Shown in pieces: positions 15,150 to 23,100 of a stretch of DNA of 64,000 bases (position 1 is its first letter; every line of letters starts with the position of its first letter). The translations under genes and the position numbers were made by a program. A model generated the notes under the pieces. It was not told the DNA's origin, did no database searches, and worked only from the letters and a program-made list of their open reading frames with translations. The DNA comes from Solirubrobacterales bacterium. Its GTDB lineage: Bacteria; Actinomycetota; Thermoleophilia; Solirubrobacterales; JBBDJG01. The DNA is taken from NCBI GenBank assembly GCA_038203635.1, contig JBBRDT010000001.1, forward strand, positions 22,003 through 86,002. Direction: 5' to 3'.

Positions 15150-17468
15150 TTAGCGGCGACGGACCTTGAAGGTCCTGGTGACGAGTCCGCGGCCGCTGCC
15201 CTTGGACGCATACACCGTGAGCTTGTAGAAGCCGGGCAGCTCGAGGGCGGCGACGTGCAGGTATGCCGTCCCGAGCGTGTTCGTCTTACGCTCCCGCCAC
15301 CGCACCGGCGTCTTGCCGTCTCGCGAGAAGATCTGGAAGAAGAGGTGGCTCTGCGCTGCCGGCGCCCCCGAGCGCTTGAGCTTCGCACGCACCTTGACCG
15401 GCAGCTCGGATCCCACCTGCACGGCCTTGGGCATGTCCAGCGTGACGGAAAGCGGGCCACGGTCCGCCACCGGCGCTGTGCGGCGGCGGCTCGGCTCCCT
15501 TCCCGCTCCCGCCCGGCGGCGGGCCCTCCTGTTGCGCAGGTTCGGCTCGAGGCCGACGGAGGACGCGTAGTTGCCGAAGTTGTCGGTCGCTACCAGCCAG
15601 TACCGGCGCTGAACGTAGTAGGGCGCCACGATCCGGGCGGTGAACGAGCCGTCCTTGTCAGCTTTGTACGTTCCCCGGCTTGCCTGGTGGTAGTACAGGG
15701 TCACGCGAGAGTTGAACCGGAACCCGCGGCCCTTCACGGTCATCCGGTGGGTGCCGCGCCTGAAGGTGATGTGAGGCCGCGCAAGCAGCTTCGTAACCTT
15801 GTAGATCCAGGCCCGTGCCTCGTGGTTGCGGTACACGACGTGCTCCAGGCGCCCGCCGTAGGCTTCGATGAAGCGCCTGAAACGCTCCTGGTGCGACGAG
15901 TCCACGAGGGGGTTCTCCGGTGGGTCGTCGCCCTCGTCGGTGTAATAGACGAGGTAGGAGACCTCGCGACTCCTGACCAGCCGCGGAGGCCAATAGTTGA
16001 CCCAGTCACGTGACGGGCCGTCGGCGGCGGGGTGCGGACTGCGAACGACGCCTCCCGGAAAGATCGTTGCGAGCCGGAACCGGCCGAAGGGATAGGCGTC
16101 ACGATGCGCATAGAACGAGATGGCGTACTGCGCGGAGCCCTTGGAGAGCGTCATCACGCCGTCTTCCGGCTTCGTGTTCGTCTTCAGCCACTTCGCCGCT
16201 TCACGCAGCCCGAAGTACGAGTCCGTGCGCGCCACGTCGACGACCGGTGATGCCATCACCACCGCCGAGCAGAGGCCGGCAAGCAATGCCACCGGCAGCG
16301 CGATCGGCTGTGAGGCGCGCGCCAGCCATCCGACCCTGGGCCGCTGCCCCATCCGCCTCCACCGGTGCGCGATCGCCAGCACGAGGTCGTGCACCGCGCG
16401 CCCCGCCAGGATCGACAGCGGGGGAATGATCGGCAGCAGGTAGTTGAACGCCTTCAGGGGATAGGCCTGGAAGAACAGGGCCACGACGAACACCCAGAAG
16501 AGGAGCAGCCGGTCGCCCGCGCTCCATCGGCGCAACGCGATCGCGATGCCGGCGAGCCAGATCACGGGTGTCACGTAGCCGTCGAAGGCGACGAGCTTTT
16601 CGAGGTAGTAGTACCAGGGGACCTGCGTGGCACGCTGGCCGCTGTCCCCGAGGAACTCGAGCAGCTGGTCCGACTTCAGCGCGATCTGCACCATGACCGG
16701 GATGAAGAACGCGACGAACGCTGCCGAGGCGAGCAGGAAACTGCGCAGGTTCAGGCGCCGCAGCTCTCTGGAGACCAGCAGGTAGTTCAGCGCGATCACC
16801 ACGATCAGCACGCCCGTGACCTTGGCCTGGATCGTCAGCGCCGTGCAGGCCGCGAACCCGTACAACCACGCGTCGCGGCTCGTCGTGATCCATTTCGCAA
16901 AGCAGAACAGGGCCAGCGAGAACAGGAACACGAGCGACGAGTCGAGCAGCGCCAGCCTGCCGAGCAGCACGGAGTAGCCGCTGAGCGCTACGAAGAGTGC
17001 GGCCAGCAGGCCCACGTTGCGCCCATACAGCGTCTTTCCGATGCCGAAGCAGACGAGCACCGTGCCGACGCTGAAGCTGATCGCGACCAGACGGGCAATG
17101 ACGTCGGAGACCCCGAACAGCAGATAGAAGAACGCGACGACCTGCTGGTAGAACAGGAAGTTCGAGTTCCCGCGCGATGCGAGCACGAAGTAGCGGTCGA
17201 GCTGATCGTCGCCGGAGAGCACGGCCGCCTGGCCTGCGTAGACCGCTTCGTCTCCCCGGAGCCCGACGTCTGTGATCGCCCACAGTCGCGGCAGAGCGGC
17301 GATCACGAGAATCGCCCCGAGCATCAGCCTGCCGCGATGACGCCAGAGGAAATGCGTGGTCCGAGCGGCCATGGATTCGAGGGGGCGCCGGCTGCGGCCA
17401 GCCCGGAACAGGGACTCCGCCTCGGAGTCTCGGAGCAGGTGGACGACCGGTCGGAAAGGCGCCTTCAA
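15150..17468 (-). CDS. GT-C glycosyltransferase (family 39 PMT/ArnT-like) with C-terminal extracytoplasmic beta-rich domains
   Basis: About 11 TM helices, with the first-loop DE motif (LRGDEAVYAGQA) typical of PMT_2/ArnT enzymes. About 330-aa soluble tail. Start is TTG 17468 or ATG 17372. Confidence 0.8.
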   Translation of the reverse strand: MKAPFRPVVHLLRDSEAESLFRAGRSRRPLESMAARTTHFLWRHRGRLMLGAILVIAALPRLWAITDVGLRGDEAVYAGQAAVLSGDDQLDRYFVLASRGNSNFLFYQQVVAFFYLLFGVSDVIARLVAISFSVGTVLVCFGIGKTLYGRNVGLLAALFVALSGYSVLLGRLALLDSSLVFLFSLALFCFAKWITTSRDAWLYGFAACTALTIQAKVTGVLIVVIALNYLLVSRELRRLNLRSFLLASAAFVAFFIPVMVQIALKSDQLLEFLGDSGQRATQVPWYYYLEKLVAFDGYVTPVIWLAGIAIALRRWSAGDRLLLFWVFVVALFFQAYPLKAFNYLLPIIPPLSILAGRAVHDLVLAIAHRWRRMGQRPRVGWLARASQPIALPVALLAGLCSAVVMASPVVDVARTDSYFGLREAAKWLKTNTKPEDGVMTLSKGSAQYAISFYAHRDAYPFGRFRLATIFPGGVVRSPHPAADGPSRDWVNYWPPRLVRSREVSYLVYYTDEGDDPPENPLVDSSHQERFRRFIEAYGGRLEHVVYRNHEARAWIYKVTKLLARPHITFRRGTHRMTVKGRGFRFNSRVTLYYHQASRGTYKADKDGSFTARIVAPYYVQRRYWLVATDNFGNYASSVGLEPNLRNRRARRRAGAGREPSRRRTAPVADRGPLSVTLDMPKAVQVGSELPVKVRAKLKRSGAPAAQSHLFFQIFSRDGKTPVRWRERKTNTLGTAYLHVAALELPGFYKLTVYASKGSGRGLVTRTFKVRRR

Positions 17469-17475
17469 CTCGCGG

Positions 17476-19863
17476 CTAGGAGACGGGGCTGCCCATGACC
17501 GCCGGCAATTTCTGCCACCAGTCCATGGTGCTGCTGGCGATCAGAGTCGCCGGGACGCTGCCAAAGGCGCGGGTCACGATGTCGCGCTCCGCGGCCTTCA
17601 GGTCGTGCCCGCTCATCCCCTGCAGGAACTCCTCGATCCTGGAGTAAGGCGGGAAGCCGAAGGCGTCCTCGCAGTTCTCCCTCAGGATCTCGAGCGCCTC
17701 CTCGGTATCCATCTGGATCTGGTAGTCGCCGTCGCGCTGGATGATCACCAGCCCGGCAATCTGAGCCTCGGGAGCGACCCGGGCAGTCGGGATCAGGCGG
17801 TCGATGTCGTACTTGGGCGGTGGAATCAGCCTCTGGACGACCGCGTTGAGCGTCGCCGCCGGGATCCGCATCGCGGCCAGCACCATCGCGAACCGGCGGC
17901 CCGACCGGGAATGAAGGCGGCTCTGTGGAACCAGCTTCACCCGCTCACGCCTCGACAGCAGCGGCGTCTTGACGGCATGCACCGTGTGCCGGCTGATCGT
18001 CAGCGGCTTCGGATACGCCAGCACGCGGCCGTCCGGGCACACGATCGTGAGGTCATCGGAAAGGAACGAGTACGGGAAGTGGTCGAGCAGCTTCAGTGTC
18101 GTGGTCGTCTTGCCGGTGTCGGTGCGGGCGGTGACCATGAACCCCTGATCGCCGTCGGCGAAGCACGCGGCGTGCACGAGCGCGTATCCCTTGCTGGCGA
18201 ACGTCCAGCGCAGGATCGGCTCGACGACGTTGGTGTACAGCACGTGCGGAGAGCGCTGCAAAAGCGGCGCCGCCAGCACCTCGATGCGCTCGCCCAGGTG
18301 AGAGATTTCGCACCCGAAGCCGAAGCCGCCGACACCCTCCGAGTAGCGGAGCGTACGCGGCTTGACGGGACCCAGCTCCGGGAATTCGGCCGTGATGTCC
18401 GAGTCGTGGTGCCCGTTGCCGTTTCCGTTGCCGTTGACGTGTCCGTTTCCGTTGACGTGTCCGTTGCCGTTCGCGTGTCCGTTGCCGTTGCCGTTGGGTG
18501 TCACGTTCCCGTTGCTCTCGGGGCGACCGCGCATGTGGCCGATCCGGACGCGGATCGTCGGGCGGCTGAGAGCCTCCGTCACGAGGAACCGGTGCAGCTC
18601 CGGCAGCCGCACCTCGGACGTGACCGTGACGATGCCGTGGATGTCGTAACTGAACGAGCCCACGTCCCGGCGCTGGGCCTTGGCCCAGATCCACGCATCG
18701 GCGACGCCGAACCGGATGATGGTGAGCGCGACCAGCGAAAGGATGTTCGACGCCAGGTAGTGCATCCCCAGACCGGTCGTCAGCACGAACAGCAGCGGCA
18801 CCCGCAGCACAAGCGCGGCGTTGTTCATGGCGAAGAACATCGCCGCACGACGCCCGCGTGTTCGCTCGTGCTCGCGACCGGCGAACACCCAGCCTTCCGT
18901 GAAGCAGAAGTTCCACAGGGTGGAGCCCTGGGTCGCGAGGATCGCGGCGGCCACGTAGTACAGCCCGGCCACGTCCGCGAACAGCGCCAGCAGCAGGGTG
19001 TTGACGGCCAGGCCCGTGGCCCCCACCACGGTGAAGCGGCCGAACCGCGCCGTCAGCTGACCCAGCTGCAACCGGCCCAGCTGGCCCACGTACCGCAGCG
19101 CCTCGCGCACGGACGCCTTGGTCTCGCCGGCGTGGCGCTCGCCGAACCCGAACGGCACCTCGGACACGGTCAATCCGGGTGTCCGGACGAGGATCTCGAG
19201 CAGGATCTTGAAACCCCGTGGCCGCAGCCGATCGAGGTCGACGGCCTCCCGCCGGACCACGAAGCAACCGCTCATCGGGTCGCTCACGTGCCACAGGCTC
19301 TTCGGGAAGAGCAGCATCGCCGCCCGCGTGGAGACGCTTGACAGGGCCGAGCGCAGCCGCCCGAACGCACCTTTGTCCCCTCCCGCGCAGAACCGGCTCG
19401 CGACCACCAGGTCCGACGCCGTTCCGAGCGCCTCCAGGTACATCTCCTCGAGTATCTCCGGGGGATGCTGCAGGTCGGCGTCCATGACGCACACGAACGG
19501 CGCCCGCGCCTGCCGCATCCCGGCGACCACGGCGCCTCCCAGCCCGCCCTGGCGATCGCCCAGCGGGCGATGGATGAGGTAGACGGCGCGCGAGGACTCG
19601 ATCGCCCGGATCGCGTCCGGGGTGTCGTCGTCGCTGTCGTCGACGAAGATGACCTCCACCGGCAGGTCCGGCAGCACGCGGTCGAGCCGCGAAACTAGCG
19701 GTCCCACGTTCCCTGCCTCGGCCCTGGTCGGGACGATCACCGAGACCGCCGGCGTGGTTCCGTTCAGGCTGCGGCCGGCCGCCAATACGGCGTCCGCAGC
19801 GCCCTTAGAGATGACTCCGTTCTCGCGCGACCGAGCGGCGCGCGACCTGAATGCAATGTTCAA
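17476..19863 (-). CDS. fusion protein: GT2 polyprenol-phosphate glycosyltransferase + GtrA-like TM domain + N/G/H repeat linker + HprK-like P-loop domain
   Basis: GT2 core VSVIVPTRAEAGNVGPL..VIFVDDSDDDTPD..VMDADLQHPP. GtrA-like region RFGRFTVVGATGLAVNTLLL..WNFCFTEGWVF. Linker NGNGNGHANGNGHVNGNGHVNGNGNGNGHH. C-terminal segment LVHAACFADGDQGFMVTARTDTGKTTTTLKLL..FLSDDL resembles HPr-kinase-C-type P-loop proteins. Confidence 0.8.
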   Translation of the reverse strand: MNIAFRSRAARSRENGVISKGAADAVLAAGRSLNGTTPAVSVIVPTRAEAGNVGPLVSRLDRVLPDLPVEVIFVDDSDDDTPDAIRAIESSRAVYLIHRPLGDRQGGLGGAVVAGMRQARAPFVCVMDADLQHPPEILEEMYLEALGTASDLVVASRFCAGGDKGAFGRLRSALSSVSTRAAMLLFPKSLWHVSDPMSGCFVVRREAVDLDRLRPRGFKILLEILVRTPGLTVSEVPFGFGERHAGETKASVREALRYVGQLGRLQLGQLTARFGRFTVVGATGLAVNTLLLALFADVAGLYYVAAAILATQGSTLWNFCFTEGWVFAGREHERTRGRRAAMFFAMNNAALVLRVPLLFVLTTGLGMHYLASNILSLVALTIIRFGVADAWIWAKAQRRDVGSFSYDIHGIVTVTSEVRLPELHRFLVTEALSRPTIRVRIGHMRGRPESNGNVTPNGNGNGHANGNGHVNGNGHVNGNGNGNGHHDSDITAEFPELGPVKPRTLRYSEGVGGFGFGCEISHLGERIEVLAAPLLQRSPHVLYTNVVEPILRWTFASKGYALVHAACFADGDQGFMVTARTDTGKTTTTLKLLDHFPYSFLSDDLTIVCPDGRVLAYPKPLTISRHTVHAVKTPLLSRRERVKLVPQSRLHSRSGRRFAMVLAAMRIPAATLNAVVQRLIPPPKYDIDRLIPTARVAPEAQIAGLVIIQRDGDYQIQMDTEEALEILRENCEDAFGFPPYSRIEEFLQGMSGHDLKAAERDIVTRAFGSVPATLIASSTMDWWQKLPAVMGSPVS
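18406..18516 (-). repeat. coding microsatellite-like repeat (GTT GCC/GTT GAC GTG TCC units) encoding (NG)n/(NGH) linker
   Basis: Plus strand reads ccgttgccgtttccgttgccgttgacgtgtccgtttccgttgacgtgtccgttgccgttcgcgtgtccgttgccgttgccgtt. Confidence 0.85.
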
Positions 19864-20172
19864 GGTCCGCTAACCCGCCGTATCGCCAGGCTCGACGGAG
19901 TGCCTCCCATGACGCTCCGCGCGGCCCGCCTTCCCTGCCGAATCCACCTGCATGTCCGTGCCTCCATCCGTAAAGCAGGCGCAACATAACGCACCTTGCT
20001 CCGGAAACACAAGGGGGTGCTGCAACTTTGTACCGGCGGTCCTACAACCAGCCGCGCTTGCTATCGGCCCCACCGGTGGGTTAGGTTTCACCACAACGGG
20101 ACGTTGCCGGGGCAGCCGGTGCAGTCGCCGCAGGAATGCTTGGAGTCAGGATGGCCGGAGGCGCGGCAAGGA

Positions 20173-23100
20173 ATGCATAAACGGAGGGGGATCGCGTGCG
20201 TCGCGATCGTTGGCGCGCTGTTCGCCCACTTCGGCGCAGCCGGTGCGTCTGCTGCCGACCCGGTGATCGCGGCGGCCGGCGACATCGCCTGCAGCTCCTC
20301 GAGCTCCAACTACAACGGCGGCAACGGGGTGTCCGACCGCTGCCGGCAGAAGTACACGTCCAACCTGATCTTCAACGCAGGCCTCTCGGCGGTCCTCGTG
20401 CTGGGCGACATGCAGTACGAGAGCGCCAGCCTGTCGGGCATCAATAGCTCCTACAACCCGACCTGGGGCCGGGTGAAGTCGATCACCCGCCCGGCGCTTG
20501 GGAACCACGAGTACAAGACGGCCAACGCGGCGGGCTACTTCGACTACTTCAACGGCAGCGGCGCCGCCACGGGCCCGGCCGGCGAGCGCGGCAAGGGCTA
20601 CTACAGCTTCGACGTCGGCACCTGGCATTTGATCGCGCTCAACTCGAGCGACCACTGCACGATCGTGTCGTGCGCGGCCGCCTCGGCACAGGAGGTCTGG
20701 CTGAAGGCCGACCTTGCGGCCAACTCGTCGAAGTACTGCACGCTCGCCTTTTGGCACGACCCGCGCTTCAACTCGGGCCACGACGGCAACGCCGACGAGA
20801 TGAAGCCGCTTTTCCAGGCTCTCTACGACGCGAACGCCGACCTCATGCTCGGCGGGCACGCACACAGCTACGAGCGCTTCGCGCCTCAGAATCCGGCCGG
20901 CGGGCTTGACAATGCGCGCGGCATCCGCCAGTTCGTGGTGGGCACGGGCGGCGCATTCTGGACGAGCATCGGCACGCCGAAGCCCAACAGCGAAGTGCGT
21001 CAAAACAGCACGTACGGCGTGCTGAAACTGACTCTCAGACCCACGGGCTACGACTATCAGTTCGCCCCCGAGGCGGGCAAGACGTTCACCGACTCCGGCA
21101 CGGGCACGTGCCATGGCGGCACGCCGCCCCCGACCGACACGATCAAGCCCTCGATCCCCGGCAACGTGCGCGCCACCGCGGGCACGGGTCAGGTCTCGCT
21201 GCTCTGGAACCAGTCCACGGACAACGTGGGCGTCACGGGGTACCAGGTGTTCCGGGGCGCGACGCAGGTCGCGACGCTCGGCTCGGTCACCTCGTACACC
21301 GACCCCAACCTCGCGCCGGGCACCTACAGCTACACGGTGCGCGCAGTGGACGGCGCGGGCAACGTCTCCGACGCCAGCGCTGCGGCAAGCGCGACGGTCG
21401 CGGACACCACCAAGCCGACGCCGCCGACGCTCACGGCCACGGCGAGCGCGGGACAGGTCGCCCTCAGCTGGCAGGGGGCCACCGACAACGTTGGAGTGAC
21501 CGGGTACCAGCTGTACCGGGGAGCCACGCAGATCGCCACTCTGGGAGGCGCCGTCACGTCGTACACCGACGCAAATCTCGCGGCAGGCGGCTACAGCTAC
21601 ACCGTGCGCGCCGTCGACGCCGCGGGCCTCTCCTCGGACGCCAGCAACACTGCCAGCGCGACCGTGCCCGACACGACCAAGCCGACGACCCCCACCCTGT
21701 CAGCGACCGGCAGCGCGGGGCAGGTCGCGCTGAGCTGGACGGTGTCCACCGACAACGTCGCAGTCACGGGATACGAGGTGTTCCGCGGCTCGGTGCGGAT
21801 CGCGGTCCTCGGCCCCTCCGCCAACTCCTATGCCGACACCGGCCTCTCGCCCGGCACCTACTTCTACGCCGTGCGGTCCTTCGACGCGGCCAACAACTTC
21901 TCGATTTCGAGCAACACCGCGAGCGGGACCGTGCCCGACGGGCTGAAGCCGAGCGCCCCGGGCAACCTGACCGCCTCCGCGCCGACGTCGGCCGCGGTCG
22001 ACCTGAGCTGGGTGGCTTCGACCGACAACGTGGGCGTGACCGGCTACAGGGTCTACCGCGACGGTGCACTGATCGCCAGCCCGGGGGCGGCGGCCACCTC
22101 CTACAGCGACTCGGCTGTCTCCGCGACCGTCACCTATCACTACGTCGTGCGCGCGATCGACGCCGCAGGCAACCTCTCCGACCCCAGCAGCGACGTGCCC
22201 GTGACGGTGCCCGACACCGTCAAGCCCAGCGCTCCGGGGAACCTCCACACGACCGCGGTGACCTCCAGCCAGGTGGACCTCGCCTGGAACGCGTCTACCG
22301 ACAACGTCGCCGTGACCGGCTACCGCGTGTTCCGCAATGACGTGCCGATCGCGGACGTGAGCGCCGCGACCCTGTCTTACTCGGACGGCCCGATCACCCC
22401 GGGCACCTACCGCTACACCGTGCGCGCGGTCGACGGTGCCGGGAACGTCTCGGACGCGAGCACCGAGGTGACGGCCACGGTGCCCGACACGGAGAAGCCC
22501 ACGACCCCCCAGAACCTCGACGCCACCGCCCGAGGCGCTTTCCAGGTCGACCTCACGTGGGACGCATCCACCGACAACGTCGGCGTGGCCAGCTACCTGA
22601 TCTACCGCAACGACGTGCACATCGACACGGTTAGCGGCACGGACACCTCGTACACGGACAACGTGCTCGCCCCGGACCTCTACACGTACTACGTGCGCGC
22701 GGTGGACGACGCGGGGAACCTCTCCGACCCCAGCAACACCGACTCCGCGACTGTCGTCCCGCCGGACGATGAGCTTCCAACGGTGCCGGGCAACCTGACG
22801 GCCGCCTTGAACGGGACGGACCGGGTCGACCTGAACTGGGAGGAGTCGAGCGACAACGTCCTCGTCACCGGGTACCGGATCTACCGCAACGACGAGCTGA
22901 TCAAGACGATCGGCCCGGGATCGTCTTGGTCCGACACCGGGGTCCCCGCGCGTGACCACGAATACCGCGTGCGGGCCGAGGACGCCGCCGGCAACCTTTC
23001 CGACCCGAGCAACCCGGCGGGCGTGATCGTGCCCGACACTGCGCCCCCGTCACCTCCGGGCAACCTCACCGCGAGCGCGCCGGACGGAGGCCCCGTGCTG

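Noticed and set aside
17356-19492. 661-aa plus-strand and 479-aa minus-strand alternative ORFs over the GT2 fusion gene
   Set aside because: Both are Arg/Pro/Gly-rich with no motifs. The 795-aa frame carries GT2, GtrA-like and P-loop signatures.
20060-20110. PHO-box-like sequence (ggtttcaccac) upstream of a phosphoesterase gene
   Set aside because: It matches the actinobacterial GTTCACC direct-repeat unit only with an insertion, and no second repeat unit occurs at 11-nt phasing. It needs a PWM scan to revisit.
19996-20172. 59-codon N-terminal extension of the FN3 giant ORF
   Set aside because: The ATG at 20173 yields a canonical signal peptide, and the extension has low GC3 and no function. 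The same logic was applied to 26266..26304, 39183..39755 and 53542..53685.
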